A stretch of 63,822 nucleotides of DNA, the filler included, from Craspedostauros australis (Eukaryota): NCBI GenBank assembly GCA_030167865.1. It is 9 parts of 9 records of this genome, joined end to end, with 100 filler letters (N's around TTAATTAATTAA, not from the genome) between each part and the next. Parts side by side here need not be neighbours in the genome. Positions count along the whole stretch, not along the records: positions 1 to 31,524 come from JALAGF010006347.1; 8 more parts are not named here. The stretch is one strand, 5' to 3'. Shown one piece after another: positions 11,590-21,860 of this stretch. Made by a program: the position numbers and the translations under genes. How positions within the stretch are numbered: the first letter of the stretch is position 1; each line of letters opens with the position of its first letter. A model generated the notes under the pieces. The model ran no database searches. It was not told the origin of the DNA and saw nothing but the letters and a program-made list of their open reading frames with translations.

Positions 11590-12142
11590 AATAGAATAGA
11601 ATAGGAGGTGGTGATGTGCCATAAATACGCGTATGAGCTGCCTATTAGTTCCAGCGCAGAATGCACTCTCCTCGTACGAATTAGAGAGAGTAGAATCCTT
11701 GGAGGAGACGTTCTTGCAACTGCCTGCTCGCACTTGACACAACTAACAGTTCACAAATATCCAACAATGAGGGAGTCACGGTAATTCCGGACTATTACGT
11801 TTGAGAAACTAAGTGATCGAAGCGGTCAAATGAATAATCGAAAGAGTCGTTTCGAGCTCCTTCCTGGACCTCGATCCCACGTCATCAAGTTGAGGAAACA
11901 GAACGCAAAACAAAAAAAGAAATCGACCATGACGTTCTGCTTTGCTTTTGCGCAGCTGCAAGACAAGGTGCCAACCCCACCACACAATTTCAGACGTCGA
12001 ACCGACAACAGCCGGTTGAAGTGGAAGACAAGATCCAAGCGAAGCCAAGCAACACACACAACGACACACACTCCCCCGTTGAGCCGGTTATATTCTACTC
12101 TGCGACAGTCGACTCTATTCGATTCAGCTTGACACCATCGCC

Positions 12143-13493
12143 ATGAAGCTCTCAGCCGTTGCCGTTGCGGCCCCAGCCGTCGTCCTTGCCGCGATGATGC
12201 CTGCCATCGCGGATGGATTCAGCACAGCTCCGATTCCGCGAAGATCTCCGCAGGTGCAAGTTGCAGCATCGGCCAAGACGATCCATGGAGGAAGAAACTC
12301 GGCGTCGCCGCTGACGCAGCTGCAGCAATCGGCAGCCTCCGTGGCAGAGCTGCCAGAGGGCATGCTGAAGACCGTGTCGCAGCCAGGCGACGGCGAGGCC
12401 GTCCAGCTGGGTGACATCACCACGGTCAAATACACATGCTACCTCCCAACGGAGAGCAACGCAGACTTCCAGCCACCGTTCGCCAAATCCGACCGCCAGA
12501 AGGTGGTCATCGGCGACGGCACCATGATCCCTGGCTGGGACAAGGCCCTGCGCACCATGCGGGTCGGAGAGCGTGCCGTGATCCGCGTCACCGATCCATC
12601 GCTGGGATACGGCGACGCCGGATTCCCGCCGCTCATTCCTGCCCAATCGCAGCTGGAATTCGATGTCGAGGTTCTCGACACGCAATCCTCCGCCACGAAC
12701 ATCGATTTTGATAGCCTGGCGTCGGCCGGCAGCATTCCTGTAAGTGCTGTTGAGGCTGCTTGTGGATTTGTGATGTGAATGATGAAGTGCTCTCCCAAGT
12801 CATGCGCTCTGCTATTTTGCGTGCGTTAAGTTACTGCGCTGCTATGCGTGTTGCATACTCCAGAGTTGTCTCTTCGGAAGCGCGAAGTTGAACGTGGAGA
12901 CGAAGAACGAACAAATGTAACTACGTGGACAAGCCAACATGGATCTGTCCGACAAAGACTACGAAGACGACATCGACATGCTCACCACTTCCCTCTTTCC
13001 CTTTTCCTCATTCTCGAGCCGGCAACAACAAAAACAACACCAACCATCACCTTCGCCACTACAGACAACGGCGGCCGAAATCGCCGCCGCCTACGAAACC
13101 CGACAGGCCGAGAAGGCCAGCCTGGGACCAAAGAAGGAAGGATTGGAAGGCTTCATCGAAAAGGCCAAGAACTTCTACTTCTTCGGTCTGTTCGAGGGTG
13201 AGACTGGTCAGCAGGCGCCGTGGTTCCTGCGTCCCAGCATCACATTCCCCATCGCCTTCCTCATCGTTGGTGCGACCTTCTACGTCAGCTTCGCCACTGG
13301 ATCCATCAAGGAGCGCGGTGCGTCCGTCAAGGATGAACTCGATGAGCTCATCACCACCATCGACAGCAGTGCCAACACCAGATATCTCGCCAGCACCAGC
13401 GACGGTAGGATGATATCTTCGCAGTCTGACGTCTTTTCGCAATACATCGCAGCATCCACCGAGCAATTGCAGACCACGACGACCCTTCTGTAA
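12143..13493 (+). CDS. FKBP: Plastid-targeted FKBP-type peptidyl-prolyl isomerase with a C-terminal TM segment; join(12143..12739,13065..13493)
   Basis: Signal peptide ending ADG-FS (ASAFAP-like). FKBP core VKYTCYL..VVIGDGTMIPGWDKALRTMRVGERAVIRV..LGYGDAGFPPLIPAQSQLEFDVEVL. Phase-0 intron GTAAGT (12740) to CTACAG (13064) joins the ORFs in frame. Hydrophobic helix ITFPIAFLIVGATFYVSF. Confidence 0.88.
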
Positions 13494-14174
13494 ATGCAAT
13501 TGTTGCAGTTTGGAAGAATGCAAATGTAACGGAATACAGCGTGGGATAAATCATGAATCATGAGAGATAAGATCCTCCGTGTGCGTTCCTGCGCTGCCCA
13601 TTATGAACTGTCCCATTCCATTCTATTGTAGAATGCAATACTATACTCCAGTGAGGGAGAGACAAGGGGAGAGCATGGAAGTGACAAGTGCAAACAAACT
13701 TGTTTGCGATGAAGTAAAATGGCGGCGGAGAAAGCTGCTGGACCGAGAGGGGTTGGAGACATTTCGTGATCTGGATTCCAAATGGAAGACGTTGTTCGTG
13801 TTGTTCCGTCTGTCTGTCTGTACGGGCTATGTCCGTGGTGTGGCCAACCAACCCAAAATCGGAACAGAACACCAACATCACCACACAAATCCGGGTACGG
13901 ACGTCAAAGGACGAAGAATCTGTCGATCTTTTCGGTGTTCTCATTCATGTTCTTCCCATCACCCACCATCAAACTCATCACCAAACAGAACCACATCGCA
14001 GACAGGGCACACCAAGTGAGAGAAAGAGAGCGTGTGCGAAAGGAACGAGCCAACAGCATCACTTTTGTGAACATCACATCACAACACATCAAATCCATCA
14101 AACATCAGCAGAATAAACATCAGTGAAGGCGCAAGTCCTTTACTCTACTCTACTCTATTCTACTCTCTGAAAGG

Positions 14175-15836
14175 ATGCCACGCAAGAACAAGACGAGCAG
14201 CCGACGCAAGGGCAAGTCAAATGACAACGACGGCGATGGTGGGATGGACGCTCTGTCTGAAACTCACACGGTGGCAAGCATAATGTCCGAGTGGGATTCC
14301 AGCATGATGGCTTCCGCCGATGATGATGGCATCCACACTGGCGACGGTGCGGTGGAGAACATGGACGACCTCCAGCGTCTCAACGGCGGCGGCATGTCGG
14401 AAGATGACGCCGCCGAGCTCTACCAGGCACGCATGAATCGTCTCGTGGACGCCCTGACCCCGCTGGATGAGCTCACCACGGAGAAGCGATCGGCACGTCG
14501 CGAGGCCTCCCTCAAGCGCGCCTTCAATGCCATCTCGCAATGGGCCACGGGCGCCGCGGGTCAGTCCGTCGTGTACGAACGCTTCCTCGAATGCATCATC
14601 AGCGCCTGCAAGTACTCCCTGCGACAAGGCGCGCCGTCGGAACAGTACGCATCGTGTCGCGTTCTGGAGGTTACGGCCATTGTCATCGGCGCGGATCATC
14701 ACACGGATTACTACGATGCCATCTACACCCTCCTGTCCCGCGTTCTGCATTCCAAGCAACGTGCCGTGCCGGTCCGCATGGCGGCATTCCGAACGATGGC
14801 GATCTCCTGCTTCATCAACGCCGAGGACGATGTGGCCACGGAACAGGTAATGGATCTCGCGGAGGAGTTCGCCAAGGAGGAGCATCGCGGCGAGACCGTG
14901 CCCAAATCTCTGCGCGCCACATCGCTGCAGGTGTGGGCCTTGCTCAGCACCGCCGTGGAAGACAACTACATTGCCGGCAAGGATGATGTCTCCATCGGAC
15001 GCGGCCTCGTCCTGCTTCCGTTGCTGCAGCAATGCCTCGAAGACACGACCGACCAAGCATCATCCTCGTCGTCGGGTGGAGCATCGTCTGGTGCAACCTC
15101 GTTAAGACTGTCGCTGCGAGCTGCGGCAGGTCAATGTCTTGTCGTCATTCACGAATCGCGCATGCAGCTCGGTTTGCAGGAGGAGAATCAGATTGGCTCC
15201 CGCAACGGTGGAGACGATGACGATGGAGATGGCACTAAGCAGAATGCAGACGGATCCGACGCTGGGGGCGTCAGCATCGGCGTGAGCAACCTCAACCAGT
15301 ACGAGAATCCCAGCCACAACGATGCCAAGTTCCAGCAGGGATCCTGGGAGAGCACCGAATGGGAGATCATCATTGATGAGATGTCCGCGCGCATTGCGGA
15401 GCTCGCCGTGGAGTCTTCCCATCACATCTCCAAGAAAGCCAAGAAGGAGCTGCGTGCTATCTTTCGCGAATACCAAACCACCCTCATCGACAACGAACTT
15501 CCAACACCCGAGGTGGTGCATTTTCGTGGCGGATCGTTGGAGCTGACCACCTGGAAGGAGATCGTGCAGCTGGACTTCATCCGCCACGCTTTGCAGGGTG
15601 GATTCCAGGCCCAGCTTCTCACCAACGGCACCTTGCAGCTCATTTTTGGACTTTCGGCCAACATCGTCTCGCAGCAGGCCAACTACGGCCAGGGATACTC
15701 GCAGCTGGAGAAACGTCTCCTCCTCAGCAAGACCAGCGAAGCATCCAAGATGGCCGATCAGGAGCGCATCAAGAAGCGGAGGCAGCGTCACAACGTGAAG
15801 AATCATTTCCTCACCGTGGACGGTGAAGACATATAG
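14175..15836 (+). CDS. IFRD: Interferon-related developmental regulator (IFRD)-family protein, 553 aa
   Basis: Basic N-terminus, acidic linker, 'EKRSARREASL' start of the ARM-like body, and IFRD-like C-terminus (KKELRAIFREY...LQGGFQAQLLTNGTLQLIFGL...basic tail). Confidence 0.78.
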   Translation: MPRKNKTSSRRKGKSNDNDGDGGMDALSETHTVASIMSEWDSSMMASADDDGIHTGDGAVENMDDLQRLNGGGMSEDDAAELYQARMNRLVDALTPLDELTTEKRSARREASLKRAFNAISQWATGAAGQSVVYERFLECIISACKYSLRQGAPSEQYASCRVLEVTAIVIGADHHTDYYDAIYTLLSRVLHSKQRAVPVRMAAFRTMAISCFINAEDDVATEQVMDLAEEFAKEEHRGETVPKSLRATSLQVWALLSTAVEDNYIAGKDDVSIGRGLVLLPLLQQCLEDTTDQASSSSSGGASSGATSLRLSLRAAAGQCLVVIHESRMQLGLQEENQIGSRNGGDDDDGDGTKQNADGSDAGGVSIGVSNLNQYENPSHNDAKFQQGSWESTEWEIIIDEMSARIAELAVESSHHISKKAKKELRAIFREYQTTLIDNELPTPEVVHFRGGSLELTTWKEIVQLDFIRHALQGGFQAQLLTNGTLQLIFGLSANIVSQQANYGQGYSQLEKRLLLSKTSEASKMADQERIKKRRQRHNVKNHFLTVDGEDI

Positions 15837-16291
15837 AACTCAAATCCACTGGACTTCAACTCAATTCAACTCAATTAAATTCAAATATATTCATGTTAAG
15901 TTGTGTTGGAGGATGAATTGTAGCACAGTGAAACACGAGTAATGCGCTTGCAAGTGCGTTGATCTGGAATCATCAGATAGATCGATAGAACAACGCTCGG
16001 GCTGTGCCATACATACGACCTACACTGCCGTTGCCGTTGGATTGCTCTATTCCTTTCAGCTGCTGCTCTGACTTTGTCAGTAGTTGTAGAGCGGAGTCTA
16101 GTAGAGTCGGTGAACTCGATCTACGCCACCAATACGTTGCTTTACTCCGCTCCACTCCACTCCACTCTATGCCAGTTCAGTTCCACTCCATCCTTCCCGA
16201 TGTCACGCATTCCACTCTATTGTTATATTATGTCTTGTGTTGTGGGTATTGCGCTTGCGCTTGCACTTGCATTCACGCTCTCCAGAAAGTG

Positions 16292-17698
16292 TCACCGACC
16301 ACCAAACCTCCGCTTGCGATGACCATACCATTCCAACGCCTTGTCCCATTCCTTCTTGCCAAAATCCGGAAAGTTAGTGGGCGTGATGTACAGTTCGCTG
16401 TATGCCACGTTCCATAACAGGAAGTTGGATATTCTCGATTCTCCGCTCGTGCGAATGAACAGGTCGGGATGCGGCAGCGGATAGGTCCACAGGTGCTCTT
16501 CGATGGTATCAACAGTTATTTTCTCTGGTTGCAGGGTCCCATCTTGCACCTGCTGTGCAAGCTGTCGCACGGACTGCGCTATATCCTGCCTTCCACCGTA
16601 ATTGAATGCCAGGCACACAACCTTGGTGTGGGTAATATCATCGCTATCGTTGCCATCCTCCTCCAACCGCGTCGCCGCTTGAATCCCAACCAACGCATCG
16701 CGCAATCCTGTTGGCAACCGCGCATCGTCCAAATCTCCCAGCACTCGCACTTGCAATCCCTCTCGCACCGCACGATGCTGAAATTGCCGCACCATGTTCA
16801 GAATGATATTAAACAGATCCTGAATTTCAGTGGCAGGACGATTCCAGTTTTCGGCCGAGAAGGCGTACAGCGTCAGCACGTCGATACCATCGTGCCCCAG
16901 GATAGCAGGGATCAGGTCATTGACGAGACGCTGGGCGCCCGCGAAGTGTCCCGCGCTCGTGGGTAATTTGTGATGCTTGGCCCATCGCGAGTTGCCGTCG
17001 CAGACAATCGCGACGTGGCGGGGGATATTGTGGTTGCGTTTGCCACTGGTGGCCTGTTCCGTTTGGGTGTTGGCAATGTGAGAAGGTTCACCTCCAGTGA
17101 GTGCGTCAGTGGTCGTAGCCAAGGAATCTTCGGATTTCCTTGTTGGCTCGATCGTGGAATTGTCTATTCTTTGCGTTGTGGTGGCGATGCTGTCACCTGC
17201 ATCAAGTTTGGATTGAGGCAGAGTGCGAGTAGCTTCAGCCTTGTTCCGTTGCAGTGCAATTGATGTCATCGTGGATGTTCGATTTGCACGTTCCGAAGGA
17301 AGCTTCTGTGGCCCATTACTCCTCCTCGATTGAAACATGTTTTGTATCTGTGACAGCGATCCGTGCTGATTGACTTTCTGATGATCGAGGTCCTGGCTGA
17401 TTCTTTGTTCGAGTTGCTTCGTTGTTCGCTCTACGGAAGCCGACATCATGGACAACATGTTCATGCGGTGGACCAACCTCGTCGGCAACCTCGTGAATGC
17501 ATGCACCATGAATGGAGCGCCTCGCGCAGTCGGTGTCGATGGCATTGCTCTCTTTCTCGTTCTCGGCATTTCTGTATGTATTGATATCCCCATCATATTG
17601 ATCAGCACAGTCGCTGCCATCGCCATCGCCACTGCCACTGTTGCAAAGAGAATCACCGTCGATCTCATCGGCCGATGCTCTCCTATCGAAAGCCTCAT
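16292..17698 (-). CDS. cis-prenyltransferase (UppS/polyprenyl diphosphate synthase type) with an N-terminal hydrophobic extension
   Basis: Conserved regions IPRHVAIVCDGNSRWA, GHFAG, LTLYAFSAENWNRP, FNYGGRQDI, PDLFIRTSGESRISNFLLW and C-terminal RRFGGR. First ATG at 17698, alternative at 17668. Confidence 0.93.
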   Translation of the reverse strand: MRLSIGEHRPMRSTVILFATVAVAMAMAATVLINMMGISIHTEMPRTRKRAMPSTPTARGAPFMVHAFTRLPTRLVHRMNMLSMMSASVERTTKQLEQRISQDLDHQKVNQHGSLSQIQNMFQSRRSNGPQKLPSERANRTSTMTSIALQRNKAEATRTLPQSKLDAGDSIATTTQRIDNSTIEPTRKSEDSLATTTDALTGGEPSHIANTQTEQATSGKRNHNIPRHVAIVCDGNSRWAKHHKLPTSAGHFAGAQRLVNDLIPAILGHDGIDVLTLYAFSAENWNRPATEIQDLFNIILNMVRQFQHRAVREGLQVRVLGDLDDARLPTGLRDALVGIQAATRLEEDGNDSDDITHTKVVCLAFNYGGRQDIAQSVRQLAQQVQDGTLQPEKITVDTIEEHLWTYPLPHPDLFIRTSGESRISNFLLWNVAYSELYITPTNFPDFGKKEWDKALEWYGHRKRRFGGR

Positions 17699-18845
17699 TT
17701 TGTGAGCTTCATCCAGTTCGACACGGTAATCAAACGGATACGGCACTGTCTCTCTCTAGAGCGAGAGCGAGAGTGCTTGAGAGAGATGTAGGTGGGGTAT
17801 TCGTGGAATGCAGTATGGAATAGAATGCAGGATGGGCAGCACTTCTCTCTCTCGTTCTCTGGTCTATGGTCTCTTCTTTGAGCACTGTGGCAACCGTTCA
17901 CGTCCCGTTTCTTCTTCAATTCACGATGTGATGCTTCTTTGATCGAGTCCAAGCGAACGAGCCACGAGGTATGAGCAGCGACTGTGGATGAATGGGACCA
18001 TAGTTTTGAGTATCATGATCGTGTTGGTTGTTTCTGCTTTCGTCTCGTTGCATGTCAACGGATTTGATTGGTTTCGATGAACTTTTCTTCGTTCGTCCTT
18101 GCCAGGACTGGATTCGTCACTCAACAGCTCAATTTCAATCACGTATTGTCCCAATCACGCTTCAAGTTCGTTTCAATAGCGCCGACGGCGGATGGACGCC
18201 AAGCTTGCGATGATGACCCCAGTCAACGCTCGCGCCAAAGCGACGTAACGGTGGAGCGTTGACAACGCAGTTTACTGTAATTGTTGGTCTTTGGTTGGCC
18301 AAAATTTGGTCATCCTGATCAACCCCACAAAGTCATTTTTCCCGCCAACGGCAAACAACTTTGGCTGCTCGACGAAAGGACATGGACAGGTTGGCGATTC
18401 TCTCGGACTCATCAACATCGCGCAACTGATGGAGAAATTGTGCAACGTACAATTCCCAACAGAAAGATCTTCTTGTCGGCGCCATGGTGTCCTTCCTGTG
18501 CGCGCCGATGTACCGCAACATTAGGGATTCCCGTCACATGATCATGAATTGCTTCGCTTGCATCATTGATGCCATCACACGACGTGCAGGTGCGCATGGT
18601 GACAATCTACGCACGCGCGTGATGGCATCCACGGTGATGGTATCCACACTGCACGTGTGTTCTGCAGACCAAAGTTCTTCGTGGGCATGCGCATTGCATC
18701 GCATTGCAGGTGAAGCGGCATCGTCCAGCGTGATTTGACAGTCCGACGAGGTATTACTATTCCCTGCATACCACTCTCTCGCTCTTGAGTTGCGATCATT
18801 CGAAATCAGATCATCCCGTTCCATCCGAAAGAGGTGGATTGGACA

Positions 18846-20330
18846 ATGATGGGTGGCAGTGCGGATTCCGCTGTTCTGCAAAACGCAATAGCGATGACGA
18901 TGGCGATGTCAACGACGGCATCGGCATCGGCGTCCGATCTAGTGCCAACATCGGTTCCTGCATCAGGACAGAAGCAGGATCGTCAGTTGGCAGACTGTGA
19001 AGTCAGCAACATCATCGGCAACATCATCGAACAAGATGACAGCAGCAGCAGCAGCAGCAACAATGATGAAGATGACGATGAAAATGACGGAAGACAATCC
19101 ACGTTCTCGTCCGCGTCGACAGAGCTGCATTCGAATCGCAGATCGCTGCAGAGCAACTTGCTGGCGAATGCCTTCCTCCGAAAGCTCCACGATCGAAGTT
19201 CTGCTTTCCGGAGCGAATATCTGGAAGGGCGGAGGAGTCGTGACATGGCGGAATGTGACGTTCCTGCTGTGGCAACTGAATTTGCTGCATCGTCCACCGC
19301 AGCTGCTATTGTCGACGATGACACAGCATCGCTGCTTTGCATGGAGAACATGAGCATCCAGACGGCCGAATATGATGTGGATGGTGGCAACGACGACTAT
19401 GACGAGTACGATGGCATTTACTTTGAAGATATCCACGTTGCGAACGGTCGCAGGATCGAGCACCAACTCCATCACGACCTCGACATGTCCTACTCGCTCA
19501 CGGATGATAACGGCGATGATTGTAACATCCACCCGATGGGCATTTCACAACCACATCAAGCTTCGCACACCCCGTCGCCGTTGCTTCTGACGAATGAAAT
19601 CCAAGCTTTTCCGCCATTGGAACGGACTGAATTGGTGGATGGATTGGACCACCAAAATCGTGATGAAGCTTGCAAATTCGCCAATACTGAAGAGAATCGC
19701 ATCGGTCATCATCGTCATCATGACAAGCACCCACAAAAACCGTCCAATAAACATGGATCACAGGAGCTGGATGCACTGGTGCCCTCCTCCGTGAGAGGGC
19801 CACGGCAAACACGGTTCCAATTCTACACGGCGCCGTCTTGCTCTTCCGAAGAGACTGGCGGTGATGGAGATGCAGAGATAACCAATGAGACAAATGCTGA
19901 AGACAAGTGGCAGAGAACCCCAGGGAATCACAACATACCCGCAGTTATCAGTGCCGACAACAAAGCCTCTTTTCATCGTAACATGGTGGTCTTGAACACA
20001 CAAGACAGCCAGATTCAACACATGCGAACTCATTTTCCTCCGCCGTTGTCACCACCGTCATTATTACCACCGCCGCCGCCGTCGCCTCCGATCACCAACA
20101 GATTCAGCTTCTACCCGGCGCCCAAGTTGGACGAACAGATGGAAGAACAGGAACACCAACCATCGACGCTGCTCCTTCCAACGGAGTTCACCGCCGCAGA
20201 CTTGCATATTCCCAGGACTCCACCCGAACAACATCGAACGCGGCATGGTGACAACAAGAGAGGAGCAGTTGACCGCAAGAGCCCGACATCGATCGTGCAC
20301 TACGACTTCACACTGTCGGCTGCAAAATGA
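18846..20330 (+). CDS. Uncharacterised acidic/Pro-rich low-complexity protein (~494 aa)
   Basis: Long uninterrupted ORF with coding-like composition and a twice-occurring RFxFYxAP motif. No recognisable domain. Confidence 0.6.
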   Translation: MMGGSADSAVLQNAIAMTMAMSTTASASASDLVPTSVPASGQKQDRQLADCEVSNIIGNIIEQDDSSSSSSNNDEDDDENDGRQSTFSSASTELHSNRRSLQSNLLANAFLRKLHDRSSAFRSEYLEGRRSRDMAECDVPAVATEFAASSTAAAIVDDDTASLLCMENMSIQTAEYDVDGGNDDYDEYDGIYFEDIHVANGRRIEHQLHHDLDMSYSLTDDNGDDCNIHPMGISQPHQASHTPSPLLLTNEIQAFPPLERTELVDGLDHQNRDEACKFANTEENRIGHHRHHDKHPQKPSNKHGSQELDALVPSSVRGPRQTRFQFYTAPSCSSEETGGDGDAEITNETNAEDKWQRTPGNHNIPAVISADNKASFHRNMVVLNTQDSQIQHMRTHFPPPLSPPSLLPPPPPSPPITNRFSFYPAPKLDEQMEEQEHQPSTLLLPTEFTAADLHIPRTPPEQHRTRHGDNKRGAVDRKSPTSIVHYDFTLSAAK

Positions 20331-21860
20331 GTGCTTCGCACTCGTCCCTTCGCTGGACGATCACATGCACTCGTACTCGCACTCGCACCAACTAACGACG
20401 TGCACACAAGAGACTGGTGGCGAATTGGCACGGCACAGCCTCAAAGCGACCAGGCTCAGGTAGCATCCCACAAGGGAGCCACATCAATTCGAGTCCCCCC
20501 GTGTTGTGACTTTTGACGCAAGACAGCTGTGACAACTCTCTCTCTCTCTCTCTCTGTGGATAGGTGTGCTGTCGAGAGTTCCATAAAACAACCCTGCGAT
20601 CCATTGCGCTGTGCGACATACACGAGCCATGGTACGCTATGGGGAGCAACCGTCCTCGTAGCACTCCTCACATCAAGGCACACCGTGAACAACTAGTATA
20701 GCATACTTCTCCCTGGCATGCACCAGTAGGTAGGGTGTGAGCAACTGCAATCGTACTGCGTTGGTAGATCGTAGGTCTGACGAACCTCAACAATGACTCG
20801 CGCTCCGCTCCTTGCAGATCTACATAACTCGTATCACTATCTTCGTATTCACGGGTATGCGCAGGTCGTAGCACAAGAGTTGCAGGATCGATACGTTCAG
20901 GACATCTGTTGCGCTGCTTCGTTTGGGGCATATGTTGCAACGATGATCGCGGACGAGAAGCGAGCTCGTGCACAAGATGGCTGAACGTGGAGATGGAGAG
21001 CTACTCTACGCGTAGTCGTACGTGTATTCACGAACGGTTCATGATGAAGTGTCGCTCCTTTCGTTGGAGACATCGCCAGATGCGGGACCACTGGAACAGA
21101 ACTGTTCCTTCTGCAGGCGGTGCGCGTTTCGCTTTTGACACACCACAACAGCACATTTCGCCAACTCTCTTTGGATTCTTTCGCTCGCCTTCACCACAAG
21201 TACTCGTGCGAGGCAAACAGGTGCAAGGGTTCGCAATGGCGAGAGCGGAGGAGTCGGTCAGACAACGAATGTGTTTTCGTCACCTCGGTGGTTGATCTCG
21301 CGAGTCGGCCACATCGGCCGAGGATAGAAGCCTTTCGATGTCTTGTTCCCAGAGAATCCCCCCGGCAATCGCCACATGGATGCAAATGCAGATAGCTTGC
21401 ACCATTCTTCACCCCGGTTTGCTCCTGCGTTTCATAGCGCCGGTACTATACCTCGAATTCAAGTTCGCTGTCTGCATCATCAAGAAGCAGCGGTACCAGC
21501 TAATTGCATGGACACCATGGCGTGTCTCTGTAGCTTCACGAAGTGCCAAATCGTGCATCTCCTGTTCGGCCCAGGCTGCTCTGCCTCACACCTCCGCAGA
21601 AGAAGTCGCGGCGACCACGCAGCAGGAGTAGCAGCAACTTGCTTCATCTCCTCCTCCTGACAGGAATCCGTTTGTGGAATCTGACTCCGCCAACTTGACT
21701 GATACCACAAGAAACAGGATCAAGGGGCTGCTCCCCAACCCAGCGGTTCGATCAACACCATCACAAAAATACATCCGAGTCAAACGACGTATGGTAGAGT
21801 ACGACGCGCAGCAGCCTATCCCACCCCACCTCCACCCCACCCAGCACCAGACCTGCACAC

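Noticed and set aside
11586..11604. GAA-containing pentamer repeats as a heat shock element
   Set aside because: The units are direct rather than alternating inverted nGAAn, and they lie at a 3' end.
20700..21860. Possible upstream exons supplying an effector domain to the STAND gene
   Set aside because: Short ORFs in all frames, with no kinase, cyclase or TIR motifs and no clear in-frame splice. RNA-seq would be needed to exclude this fully.
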